A DNA stretch of 64,000 nucleotides from Candidatus Hecatella orcuttiae (GCA_002011035.2 MTLY02000001.1:471546-535545), one strand, 5' to 3'. Counted from the stretch's first letter, positions 9,314 through 18,600 are shown. The notes: generated by a model from the letters alone, not told the origin. Translations and numbers: made by a program.

Positions 9314-9967
9314 TTGATGATAAGACATATCCTGCTCGAGTTAAAATATCATTCACCTTTTACCTTTATAGGAACTGTTATCGGTATCTCAACTGCCATG
9401 GTTTTCTCATTCCTTTTACCAACATCTTTAAGCTTATCGGAGGCTATTTTTCACGTTTTTCATCCACTTCATATATTATTGAGTGCAACCGCAACTGCGT
9501 CTGTTTTTTGGAGGCATAAAAAACAAGTTTCTGAGGCGTTTTTAATTGGTATGTTTGGGTCTCTAGGCATTTGCAGTATTTCTGACATAATTTTTCCGTA
9601 TTTGGGTTTATTATCTATTGAAGAAGTGGAATTTCATGTCTGTATTTTAACTCATCCGCAAATAGTTTTTCCAGCAGCTTTTATTGGAGTTGTTTTTGGG
9701 ATCTTATTCACCGAACTCACAAGAAAATCGAGCTTATTCTCACATAGCTCCCATGTTCTTGTTTCGGCTTTAGCATCAACATTTTACATGGTCGGTTATG
9801 GAGAATTACCTTTAATTCAAATACTGCCAATAGGTTTTGCAATAATATTTGTTTCAGTTTTAATTCCATGCTGTACCTCAGACATAGCTTTTCCGATGTT
9901 ATTCATAGGCAGAACTACTGATGAAGTTAAATGTATAGGTAAGATAAAACATCACCAAGAAAAATAG
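9314..9967 (+). CDS. Conserved His/Cys-rich multi-pass membrane protein
   Basis: About six hydrophobic segments; HSPFT, FHVFHPLH, HSSH and PCCTSD motifs. Confidence 0.7.
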   Translation: MMIRHILLELKYHSPFTFIGTVIGISTAMVFSFLLPTSLSLSEAIFHVFHPLHILLSATATASVFWRHKKQVSEAFLIGMFGSLGICSISDIIFPYLGLLSIEEVEFHVCILTHPQIVFPAAFIGVVFGILFTELTRKSSLFSHSSHVLVSALASTFYMVGYGELPLIQILPIGFAIIFVSVLIPCCTSDIAFPMLFIGRTTDEVKCIGKIKHHQEK

Positions 9968-10103
9968 TAGTTTTAATTAATTCACAACAGCTTTTATACC
10001 CATTAAGGTGCCTATGAAGTTAAAAATCCATGTTAGAGCTTTACCTGTTCATTGTAGCAGGTTGTCGTCATAACTTAAGCTTTTAATGAGAGTAAGATTT
10101 ATA

Positions 10104-10122
10104 TTTTGTGCATTTGCAATTT
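10104..10122. promoter_or_regulatory. Copy of the TGTGCA operator-like motif
   Basis: TTTTGTGCATTTGCAATTT is 16/19 identical to the reverse complement of 7037-7055. Confidence 0.5.
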
Positions 10123-10158
10123 TTTAATGTCCGAAAACCTCTTGAGGGGGTGGTTGTC

Positions 10159-10422
10159 TTGCCTTACGGTATGGGTCTATGGGGTTGGTTTATAATGCCG
10201 TACCCTTACTGGGGTTGGAGTAGGTGTAGGTGGTTCCCTTGGCTTCCCCGATGGTGGTGGACAGGAATCTATGGGTCCATAACTCCCTTTACAGCTTGGT
10301 ATGGGCAACCATGGCTTTCAAGGGAAGAGGAAGTGAGATTTCTGGAAGAACAGAAGAAGCTCTTGGAAGAGCAGCTAAACTGGTTAAGAAAAAGAGTGGA
10401 AGAACTAAAAACACAGAAATAG
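10159..10422 (+). CDS. DUF5320-like small protein
   Basis: RCRWFPWLPRWWWTG plus coiled coil EEEVRFLEEQKKLLEEQL...VEEL; TTG start after GAGGGGGTG. Confidence 0.7.
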   Translation: MPYGMGLWGWFIMPYPYWGWSRCRWFPWLPRWWWTGIYGSITPFTAWYGQPWLSREEEVRFLEEQKKLLEEQLNWLRKRVEELKTQK

Positions 10423-10446
10423 GCACATGTATAGAGGAGGAAAAAA

Positions 10447-10812
10447 ATGAAAGTAGCCATCCCAACAAAGGGAAATAGAGGTATGGATGAATATGTAAGT
10501 GAACACTTTGGAAGGGCACCAACCTTCACCATCGTGGACTTGACTGCAAATGAAGTAAAAATAATTCCAAACACAAGTGAACATATGGGTGGTTCTGGCT
10601 ATCCACCTGAAATAATGGCAAGTGAAGGTGTAGATGCAATGCTTTGCTCTAGTCTAGGGCCGAGAGCCATACAAATGTTTGAGCAATATGGTATTGAGGT
10701 TTATGTTGGTGCATACGGAACAGTGCGAAACGCCATTCAAGCATGGCAAGCTGGAAAGCTTCAAGTAGCTACTGATGAAAATGCATGTAGAATGCATCGA
10801 CACCATGAATGA
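10447..10812 (+). CDS. NifB/NifX-family protein
   Basis: MKVAIPT, VSEHFGRAPTFTIVD, LGPRAI; C/H-rich C-terminus. Confidence 0.9.
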   Translation: MKVAIPTKGNRGMDEYVSEHFGRAPTFTIVDLTANEVKIIPNTSEHMGGSGYPPEIMASEGVDAMLCSSLGPRAIQMFEQYGIEVYVGAYGTVRNAIQAWQAGKLQVATDENACRMHRHHE

Positions 10813-10818
10813 TCTATC

Positions 10819-11658
10819 ATGAATATAGCGGTGGCAAGTGGTAAAGGAGGAACAGGAAAAACCACTGTAGCCGTAAACCTAGCACTTTCACTTGAAAATG
10901 TTCAGCTTTTAGATTGCGACGTAGAGGAGCCTAACGTTCACATTTTCTTAAACCCGCAAGTTAACGGCGTCAGAAATGTTTACATACCAGTGCCTAAAGT
11001 TGACGAGAAGCTTTGTGATTATTGTGGAAAATGTTCTGAATTTTGCGAATTCCACGCAATTGCCGTGATTGCAAAGAAGATACTGGTTTTCCCGAAATTA
11101 TGTCATGGCTGCGGTGGATGCTTTCTTGTCTGCCCTAAGGGTACTATAAGTGAGAAGAAGAGAAAGATAGGCGTAGTTAAGAAAGGAACTGCTGCCAAAA
11201 ACATAGAGATAGTATATGGAGAGTTGAATGTAGGAGAACCGATGTCCAAGCCGGTGATAAGAGAAGTTAGGAGAGAAAAAGATCCCGGCAAGATAACGAT
11301 AATTGATGCCCCACCCGGAACCGCTTGCCCTGTGATAGCTTCGGTGTATGGCAGTGACTACTGTATTCTTGTCACAGACCCTACACCCTTCGGTTTACAT
11401 GACTTAAAATTGATGGTTGATGTTTTAAGGAAAATTTCCATTCCTTTAGGGATTGTTGTAAACCGCTCTGGGATCGGCGATGAAAAACTTTACGAATACT
11501 GTGAAAAGGAAAAGATTCCGATCCTACTGGAAATACCGTTCAAAAGAAGAATAGCGGAACTATACTCCCGTGGTATACCCTTCATAACAGAAATGCCTGA
11601 GTGGAAAAGTAGATTTCTAGCACTCTTCGAAAATATTAGGATGTATGAAGGCAGATGA
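10819..11658 (+). CDS. MinD-superfamily P-loop ATPase with inserted 2x[4Fe-4S] ferredoxin (COG1149)
   Basis: ASGKGGTGKTT, DCDVEEPN, CDYCGKC...C, CHGCGGC...CP and DAPPGTACP motifs. Confidence 0.92.
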   Translation: MNIAVASGKGGTGKTTVAVNLALSLENVQLLDCDVEEPNVHIFLNPQVNGVRNVYIPVPKVDEKLCDYCGKCSEFCEFHAIAVIAKKILVFPKLCHGCGGCFLVCPKGTISEKKRKIGVVKKGTAAKNIEIVYGELNVGEPMSKPVIREVRREKDPGKITIIDAPPGTACPVIASVYGSDYCILVTDPTPFGLHDLKLMVDVLRKISIPLGIVVNRSGIGDEKLYEYCEKEKIPILLEIPFKRRIAELYSRGIPFITEMPEWKSRFLALFENIRMYEGR

Positions 11659-12524
11659 AGCAGATAGCCATAATCAGCGGGAAGGGAGGAACAGGAAAAA
11701 CAACACTTACCGCTTCCTTTGCGGCTCTGGCAAAAAACGTTGTAGTGGCCGACTGCGATGTAGACGCAGCTGACCTTCATCTACTTCTAGAACCGAGGGC
11801 GGTGGCTAAGCATGAATTCAGGGGATCTAGGATTCCTATAATCGACGAGTTGGCATGTACGAAATGCGGAAAATGCGAAGAAGCTTGCAGATTTAACGCA
11901 ATAAAAGAGTTTACAGTCAACCTTAACCTTTGTGAAGGATGCGGTGTCTGTGCCTATATTTGTCCAACAAGCGCGATAAGTCTTAAGGAGAAAGTATCTG
12001 GGCAAGCGTTTATTTCCAAAACTAGATTTGGCCCTATGGCTCATGCAAGGTTAGGTATTGCGGAAGAAAACTCAGGTAAACTGGTCACACATGTAAGAAA
12101 TAATGCCAAACAAATAGCTGAAAATGAGAGTAGAAGCTTAATACTGATAGACGGCCCCCCTGGTATCGGGTGCCCAGTAATAGCATCGCTTACTGGGGTT
12201 AACTTGGTTGTGGTGGTTACCGAGCCTACTGTGTCTGGGCTGCATGACCTAGAGAGAATCTTAGGCGTAGCTGAGCATTTTAGGGTGTTTTCTCTTGTTT
12301 GCATAAACATGTACAACATCAATAAAGAAAATACAGAGAAAATAATTGAAATGTGTAAGCGAAAAGGAATAGATGTTGTGGGAAAGATACCTTTCGACCC
12401 TATGGTAACAGAAGCAATGGTTGCAGGAAAAACTGTGATCGAATATTCCCCAAACAGCGAAATCTCAAAAAAAATAGAGGAAATATGGAACAAGGTTCTA
12501 GATACTCTGAACCAATCAGCCTAA
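11655..12524 (+). CDS. Second COG1149 MinD-type Fe-S ATPase
   Basis: SGKGGTGKTT, DCDVDAADL, two ferredoxin motifs, ENSGKLV and DGPPGIGCPV; ATGA overlap with the upstream gene. Confidence 0.92.
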   Translation: MKQIAIISGKGGTGKTTLTASFAALAKNVVVADCDVDAADLHLLLEPRAVAKHEFRGSRIPIIDELACTKCGKCEEACRFNAIKEFTVNLNLCEGCGVCAYICPTSAISLKEKVSGQAFISKTRFGPMAHARLGIAEENSGKLVTHVRNNAKQIAENESRSLILIDGPPGIGCPVIASLTGVNLVVVVTEPTVSGLHDLERILGVAEHFRVFSLVCINMYNINKENTEKIIEMCKRKGIDVVGKIPFDPMVTEAMVAGKTVIEYSPNSEISKKIEEIWNKVLDTLNQSA

Positions 12525-12541
12525 AGGAAGCTGAAAAGTAA

Positions 12542-13531
12542 ATGCCATCTCCTTCAACGGTATACGGTCCTGTTCCTTCATGGCGTTTGGGACTATCGCT
12601 AGGAATAGACCCGTTAATGCCGCCGAAAACCTGCACCTTTGACTGTATCTACTGTCAGTTGGGTAGAACCGCAAAAAAAGTTTCAAAACCTGAAGAGTTA
12701 AAGACAACCGTCACAGTGGAAAAGATTATGGAAGATTTGGAGAAGACTTTAGAAAGTACCCCTCTAGAGAGCATCGACCATGTGACCTTCTCTGGATCTG
12801 GTGAGCCTACGTTAAACTTACAGCTTGGTGAAATGATTGATCATGTTAAAAATATCGTAGGCTCCAGTAAACCTGTAGTTGTTTTAACCAACGCTTCCCT
12901 AGTCTGCCGTAAAGATGTGAGAGCAAATTTAGCTGAGGCAGACCTGGTTATAGCAAAGTTGGATGCGCCCACTCAACACTTATTCGAATCTATCAACCGC
13001 CCAGCCGAGAATTTGAAGTTGACATCCGTCGTTAAGGGGTTAAGGGCGTTAAGGCGGGAAACCTTTGGAAGACTGGCATTGCAAATGATGTTCCTGAAAT
13101 CAGCCACAGACAAGAATACCAACCATCAATATGCCACGGTTAAACGCCTAGCAGAAATCGCCAGCAGCATAGACCCGGATGAAGTTCAAATAAATACACC
13201 GACAAGACCGCCGTCTCGAGAGGATGTAACACCCCTTCATTTATCAGAGATTAAAGAAATATCAAGGATTATGACGGAAGTATTACCGAGGGTTAGGATA
13301 CTCGCCAAAGGCAACCATGGCCAAATGAAGGAAAGGAAAAAGAAGGATTCAGTTTTAGAAACGGAGATATTAGGTCTTTTAAAACGGAGGCCCTGCCGGC
13401 TAGTCGACCTAGCAGAAGCGTTCGGTGTAAATGAAGGAAACGTGAAGTTTTACATAAATAAACTAGTGGCTTCGGGAGGAGTTACCTCGGTAAGGCTTCA
13501 TGGGGAAATCTATTATGAAACAGTAAGGTGA
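12542..13531 (+). CDS. Radical SAM Fe-S oxidoreductase (COG0731-like) with C-terminal wHTH
   Basis: YGPVPSWRLGLSLGID, CTFDCIYCQLG, SGSGEPTL and NTPTRPP motifs. Confidence 0.88.
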   Translation: MPSPSTVYGPVPSWRLGLSLGIDPLMPPKTCTFDCIYCQLGRTAKKVSKPEELKTTVTVEKIMEDLEKTLESTPLESIDHVTFSGSGEPTLNLQLGEMIDHVKNIVGSSKPVVVLTNASLVCRKDVRANLAEADLVIAKLDAPTQHLFESINRPAENLKLTSVVKGLRALRRETFGRLALQMMFLKSATDKNTNHQYATVKRLAEIASSIDPDEVQINTPTRPPSREDVTPLHLSEIKEISRIMTEVLPRVRILAKGNHGQMKERKKKDSVLETEILGLLKRRPCRLVDLAEAFGVNEGNVKFYINKLVASGGVTSVRLHGEIYYETVR

Positions 13532-13537
13532 GAGCAG

Positions 13538-14398
13538 ACGGTTAAAGAGTTACGTTTAACGGTAGTGGTAGAAGATTCAACTAGCTTAGAAAACCCGCAA
13601 CTTTTAGCTAAGCATGGACTATGCATCTTTGTGGAAGTAAAAATAGATGAGTTGCAGGAAGTTGCGATAATGATGGATACTGGTCCTTCCCCGGAGGTTA
13701 TATCCCATAATATCAACATACTAAATCTTGACGTAAATAAAATAGATGCCATAGTCCTCAGCCACGGGCATTACGATCATGTCGGCGGCCTCCAAGAGCT
13801 CTTAAAGCGAATAAGCAAGCAAATTCCGGTGGTAGCGCACCCAAAAATCTTCAATCCAAAATTCTCTTACAAACCTTCTCTGCGGTATATTGGAGCATCG
13901 TTTAAGCAATCCAACGTTGAAACAGCCGCAGCGTTACTTTTCGCCTCCAACCCTGTTACCATCGCCAAGGGAGTTATGACGACGGGGGAGATAGAACGTA
14001 AAGTAAAATTTGAAAAGGTTGATGAGTTTCTGACGGTGGAGGAGGGAATGTTCAAGCAGGACATCTTTCAAGACGACCAAGCACTTGTCGTCAGTTTAGA
14101 CGGTAAGGGTCTTGTAGTCATTTCAGGTTGTGCTCACTCAGGTTTAATCAATACTATTAAACATGCACAAAAGATAACAGGTGTAAGCAATGTCTACGCT
14201 GTGCTCGGCGGCTTCCACTTGCTTAAAGCTAATGAGGATAGAATCGAAGCAACGATAGATGAACTGCTTAAATTAAACTTGAAAATGGTGAGGCCTTGCC
14301 ATTGCACTGGTCATAGAGCGGTTAACCGCTTGACTGGTGCCTTCGGGGAACGTTGTGTTCCCATAAAAACCGGAGATGTTGTAAAAATACAAAGTTGA
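13538..14398 (+). CDS. MBL-fold metallohydrolase (COG1237); start ACG 13538 or GTG 13565
   Basis: HGL, DTG, LSHGHYDHVGG, DDQAL, GCAHSG, GGFHL and PCHCTG motifs. Confidence 0.88.
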   Translation, partial: TVKELRLTVVVEDSTSLENPQLLAKHGLCIFVEVKIDELQEVAIMMDTGPSPEVISHNINILNLDVNKIDAIVLSHGHYDHVGGLQELLKRISKQIPVVAHPKIFNPKFSYKPSLRYIGASFKQSNVETAAALLFASNPVTIAKGVMTTGEIERKVKFEKVDEFLTVEEGMFKQDIFQDDQALVVSLDGKGLVVISGCAHSGLINTIKHAQKITGVSNVYAVLGGFHLLKANEDRIEATIDELLKLNLKMVRPCHCTGHRAVNRLTGAFGERCVPIKTGDVVKIQS

Positions 14399-14411
14399 AG
14401 AGGGATATAAA

Positions 14412-15197
14412 ATGTCAAGGAGAATCGTAAGCGAAGTCCTAGATATTTTAGAGAGGGAGATATCTCGTATAGGAGAGGTTAAGGTTGAGAAAGTCTGCCT
14501 AGGGCTGGGTTATACGGGGGTCAAGTTGACCACAGGCCACGCCGGTGTCTGCCATAGTCTTCAAGCTGAAATGGCGATTCAATGCTGCCAAGTGGTGAGG
14601 CGGGCGGGAAGCTTAGCCGGTAGCCCTGCCCTTGACTTGGCGCATCTCAGCGAATCATGGGATCTGGGTGAAAAAGTGGTAGGTGTGGCTGCCTTAAACG
14701 CCCTATCCCAGATAGTGTTCGAGGAAAAGCCTCAAAGGTACCGCTTTGAAGAAAGAAACCTCATAGATGAAATTGAAATAAGAGAAGGCGACACCGTCGC
14801 CATGGTGGGGAACATAAAGCCCTTCATCCCCGCCATCAAGTCTAAGACCCGCAGCCTCTACATCCTAGAAAGAAACCCCATGCGGGAGGAAAACGTCTTC
14901 CCTGACTTGGCGGGTGAGGAGATTATTCCTAAAGCCTCAGTGGTTATAATTACCGGAAGCGCTATCGCTAACGGCACCATAGACCGCCTTCTAGAACTAT
15001 CCCGAAAAGCTAGGGAGATCGCCATCTCAGGGCCTTCCGCCAGCCTTATCCCCGACCCCCTGTTCTGTCGAGGAGTTAAACTTATAGGGGGAATCCGGGT
15101 AACCGACCCGGAGAAACTGTTTCAGATAATTGCTGAAGGGGGAGGAACGCCTCAGATAAAGCCGGCGGTCAGATTCACCATCATCAAGCCGGGGTGA
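14412..15197 (+). CDS. DUF364/DUF4213 Rossmann-like putative metal-chelation protein
   Basis: GLGYTGV, GVAALNALSQ, IITGSAIANGTIDRLL and GPSAS motifs. Confidence 0.82.
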   Translation: MSRRIVSEVLDILEREISRIGEVKVEKVCLGLGYTGVKLTTGHAGVCHSLQAEMAIQCCQVVRRAGSLAGSPALDLAHLSESWDLGEKVVGVAALNALSQIVFEEKPQRYRFEERNLIDEIEIREGDTVAMVGNIKPFIPAIKSKTRSLYILERNPMREENVFPDLAGEEIIPKASVVIITGSAIANGTIDRLLELSRKAREIAISGPSASLIPDPLFCRGVKLIGGIRVTDPEKLFQIIAEGGGTPQIKPAVRFTIIKPG

Positions 15198-15267
15198 TTC
15201 TGGGTCTATTATAAACAATTTAGTTTACTAATAGTCTTTATTAACTACTTATGTTAACCTGTTTTTT

Positions 15268-16161
15268 ATGAAAGCCGCCGCCATCCTTCTGGCAGTAATA
15301 GTCGGAGTAGCTTCAGGCTTCTCAGGATTCCTCGCCGGATGCTACACTGCTTCAGAGCCTAGGAAGGTCATAACACCCTTTTGGGGCGCAGCGACTAGGC
15401 TTCCCGGAGCCGAAATAATAACCGTGTACGAGGAAGCCACCGATGTGGAAGTGGAAGCAACTTGGGGCGGGGCAGGTCAACTGCTTTCTGCGATGGTGAT
15501 AAGCAAATCCGGAGACCTTTACCTAGGCGTCGGCACACCCTACGACATGGAGATGGCGATAGAGAAGGGCGCCGTCGACCCTGCCACTGTACGGATACTT
15601 GCCTATCTGGTTCCGGTCATACTGGTCCCTGAAGGAAATCCTAAAAACATAACATGCCTTGAAAACCTAGTTAAGCCAGATATCAAGCTCAGCCTCACAA
15701 ATCCGGATTACGGTGTAGGCTTGTTTGTAAAGAAACTGCTTGAGTACAACGGCCTATGGGAGGAAGTTGACGGCAGGTTTGTGGAAGCGGAAAGCGGGGA
15801 GAAAGCTGTATCCTACGTGATCTTAGGAAACGTGGACGCCACCGTAAGCTGGCATGTTTTCTACTACTGGAACCCTGACAAGGTAGACATCGTATGGATC
15901 AGCCCTGAGAAAATTCCGGAGGTATCATTCATACCCGCCGCTGTGTCGGTTTACACCGAAGACAGGAAGGCAAGCGAGGTATTCCTAGATTTTGTATCCA
16001 CATCCGAAACCGCCAAAAAGATATTCGACAAATACGGATATGTAGCCACGTTGAAGCAGGCGACAAAGTATACCCCCTATTCTGAGAATACGTGGCAACG
16101 GTGGATGGAGAAGGCTGAGCGTGTTAAAGTATCACTTTTCCAGAACCTAGGCGAACGGTAA
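15268..16161 (+). CDS. ModA-like molybdate/tungstate substrate-binding protein (no permease or ATPase adjacent)
   Basis: N-terminal hydrophobic anchor; WGGAGQLL, GDLYL, VPEGNPKNI..LE.L and F.KYGY motifs. Confidence 0.78.
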   Translation: MKAAAILLAVIVGVASGFSGFLAGCYTASEPRKVITPFWGAATRLPGAEIITVYEEATDVEVEATWGGAGQLLSAMVISKSGDLYLGVGTPYDMEMAIEKGAVDPATVRILAYLVPVILVPEGNPKNITCLENLVKPDIKLSLTNPDYGVGLFVKKLLEYNGLWEEVDGRFVEAESGEKAVSYVILGNVDATVSWHVFYYWNPDKVDIVWISPEKIPEVSFIPAAVSVYTEDRKASEVFLDFVSTSETAKKIFDKYGYVATLKQATKYTPYSENTWQRWMEKAERVKVSLFQNLGER

Positions 16162-16175
16162 GTTTCTGATGAAAC

Positions 16176-16910
16176 TCAGAGTTTATTTCTGCCGAAGGGG
16201 CAGAATACTTCTAAGCCTAAAAGTTTAGCAGCGCCCTTCACCGTAACACCGTACAAGACATATCTTTTGCAGTACCTGTTGCACTGCCTGAGAATCTCAG
16301 GCAGCGTGCCGTTGACGATTGCGCTGCCGGTTATACATGTGACATCTGCTTTCTTTATGACATTCTCACTCATGGAGCTGTCGAGAATCTCAACCCCCCA
16401 CTTAACCTTTCCAACGTTTTCAGGGTTAAGGTCAGTTACGTAGACGATGTCGAAGGCGTTGGAGGTAGCCTTAACGTGGCCCGGCTGGTAGCCGATGTGG
16501 GCCACCGTCTTTACCTTTCCAAAGCTTTGCCGGATCTTTTTGACTAGCAGAAGCCCGCATCGTTCCGCATCGTGACTTCTGCAGTGAACTGTGCAGTCGA
16601 TTTCCCCTAAGCTGTGCATTAGGGCGTTAAGCACCGAAAAGAATATCGACCTATCCCCCGAGTCGCCTAACGCTAGATCGGCTACGTCGACGAGTTTCCC
16701 GTGGAAAGTCTTAGGCTTGTCCGTGAAGGCTTGGCCGCAGAAACCGTTGAGCTGGCAGTGGACGATAACTTCTTTTCCCTTCATAAGCGCGTATTCCTTG
16801 GATGGTAGTTTAACGAAGTCACTGCCAAGTGCAACGCACTCTACAGGTTTATCCATCATGCCTATGGAGGCTAGAAGCTTGAGGAAATCTCTCCTGAGTT
16901 GCTCATACAT
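16176..16910 (-). CDS. DUF364-family protein
   Basis: GQAFTD, LNA, TVHC, IGYQP and ITGSAIVNGTL motifs. Confidence 0.75.
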   Translation of the reverse strand: MYEQLRRDFLKLLASIGMMDKPVECVALGSDFVKLPSKEYALMKGKEVIVHCQLNGFCGQAFTDKPKTFHGKLVDVADLALGDSGDRSIFFSVLNALMHSLGEIDCTVHCRSHDAERCGLLLVKKIRQSFGKVKTVAHIGYQPGHVKATSNAFDIVYVTDLNPENVGKVKWGVEILDSSMSENVIKKADVTCITGSAIVNGTLPEILRQCNRYCKRYVLYGVTVKGAAKLLGLEVFCPFGRNKL

Positions 16911-17089
16911 TGCTCTAACCCTGAAAGGGCATTCGCTACAATTTATGCCTATACGGATATCCCTTCTGAAAAATATAAATCCAAATTACCTGCGTTAAGC
17001 GGCAAACCATCCGGTACGCCTTCCTAAAATGTTCGCAACCTTCTCACCTTTGCCGTGCTTCTTGAGGATTGGAACCGAGAATCTAAAAT

Positions 17090-17584
17090 ATGGCAAAACT
17101 TCATTGTATAGGTGGAATGTCCCTGAACGATTTTCAAAAACTCCATGACAGCGTAAGGGAAGGAGACGCTGAACTCACTGAGCGGCTTGTAGGACAGATG
17201 AAAGAGAACCTGCCCACCGTAGAAATTCTGGAAAATCTGCTCATCGGAATGGACAAGGTGAGGGAGAAGTTTGAGAAGGGGGAAATCTTCCCCGTCCATG
17301 TAATACGCAGCCTCTCGGCTTTCGCCGCGGGAACAAAGACCTTGGAACTGGCACCTCCTCGACTGAAAGACCTCTCGGTGAAAGTAGGGCCTTATTCTGG
17401 AAATGTTTACGAGGTTACAAAACAGATCTTGTTCGCCGTCTGGAAGTCTTCCGGCTTTTCGGAGGAGGACCCTCTCAAAAAGGATAAGTGGAGCAGGTGG
17501 GGGACCCTTAAAGAGAATGAAGAAACATTGGAGGTCATCATCACCTACTGCCCGACTCGACCGCTAAAAATAAGAATATGGTAA
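17090..17584 (+). CDS. Protein with a B12-binding cap (four-helix) domain and a degenerate cobalamin-binding motif
   Basis: LIGMDKVREKFEKGEIF matches the cap domain; GNVYEVTKQI replaces GDIHDIGKNI. Confidence 0.6.
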   Translation: MAKLHCIGGMSLNDFQKLHDSVREGDAELTERLVGQMKENLPTVEILENLLIGMDKVREKFEKGEIFPVHVIRSLSAFAAGTKTLELAPPRLKDLSVKVGPYSGNVYEVTKQILFAVWKSSGFSEEDPLKKDKWSRWGTLKENEETLEVIITYCPTRPLKIRIW

Positions 17585-17616
17585 AAGTGCCGGCACCGCT
17601 GGTTTCGGAAACGATT

Positions 17617-17943
17617 CTAACTGCTGATTACAAGTTCCCGCCCTTCCTCTATCATGCTCGCCACTTTTTTCCTAACGCTATCTAGGCAACGCCATATTGT
17701 GCCTCTGGAAACTCCCATCCGGCGAGCTGCCTCCTCCTGCATCAAACCCATGTAATCAACCAGCCGGAGGTATTCAAACTCATCATAGGTCATCGTCACA
17801 GGTTCTTTTACGTAGTTTTCCGCTTTTTCCTTCGGAATGAAGGGGACAAAACGGGTTATTTCAGGCTCTTTCTCTAAGGTTCTTGGCTTTATGGGGCGCC
17901 CCGGCTCAAATCGACGGCGCCAACGCCAGCGATAACCAGCCAT
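17617..17943 (-). CDS. DUF134 HTH protein (paralog of 8789-9115)
   Basis: MAGYRWRW..PGRPIKPR, DEFEYLRLVDY and QEEAARRMGVSRGTIWR. Confidence 0.88.
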   Translation of the reverse strand: MAGYRWRWRRRFEPGRPIKPRTLEKEPEITRFVPFIPKEKAENYVKEPVTMTYDEFEYLRLVDYMGLMQEEAARRMGVSRGTIWRCLDSVRKKVASMIEEGRELVISS

Positions 17944-18060
17944 AAGGCACCGCTCTCTACCTCTCTGCCAATGTCTAAAAGGGTTCTGGAAGGGATTTAG
18001 TATAGTGCACTTTTTTGATGGCTTCAGCAACTTTGGTTCCGGGCTTAGCTATGATTTTGT

Positions 18061-18330
18061 TTATCTTATGTTGAGCAAGATGCTGGGATGCCCCCGGGCC
18101 GGTTTCCTCGCGATCACCAAGCTTACGCCTACGTCAACCAGCAACATCACAACCATCCGCCCAGTACCATGACGGTGAGGTGCTGAAGGGTTTGGAAGAG
18201 CCTTTACGATTTTGGCAACGTCGTCTTCAAAGTCTATTATGGTGAAAGTGCTGGCTCTGCCGAAGAAGCGGGATACGGTATCTTCCAAGCCTCGGTTTCC
18301 GTCGATTGCAACGGCTATTCTGCAGAGCAT
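18061..18330 (-). pseudogene. C-terminally truncated NifB/NifX-family gene
   Basis: RIAVA...GLEDTVS.FFGRA.TFTIID; the last third of the domain is missing. Confidence 0.65.
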
Positions 18331-18334
18331 TCCT

Positions 18335-18600
18335 TTTCATCCTCAGCTTCCACTTTTTCAATTCTTTGAGTCTTTTGTCGTTCCTCTTGAGTTCTTCGCG
18401 GAGGGACCCCGATCCGCGTCTCCAAAAAAGGCCTTTTGGTCTTCTAGAAGCTTAGCTTCATCTTTAGGCTGCCATGTTTCTGGGGGATAAACCCATGAAC
18501 CGTATAGGCATGCCCATCTACCATAAAGCCAGCCGGGTCTCTGCCCGGGGTAGGTGGCTGAAGGGGCCTCTTCCGGGCCATGGAGTTAGCCAGCCTTCTT
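18335..18600 (-). pseudogene. Frameshifted DUF5320-like gene
   Basis: PWPGRGPFSHLP, QRPGWLYGR...EAKLLEDQK and LREELKRNDKRLKEL are separated by frameshifts. Confidence 0.6.

Noticed and set aside
6406-10812. NifB/NifX-like genes as evidence of nitrogen fixation
   Set aside because: There is no nifH/D/K/E/N, and this domain family is widespread in non-diazotrophic anaerobes.
13529-13531. In-frame TGA between the radical SAM and MBL genes as selenocysteine readthrough
   Set aside because: It is not at a Cys-equivalent catalytic position, both proteins are full length separately, and the TGA is part of an AGGTGA RBS.
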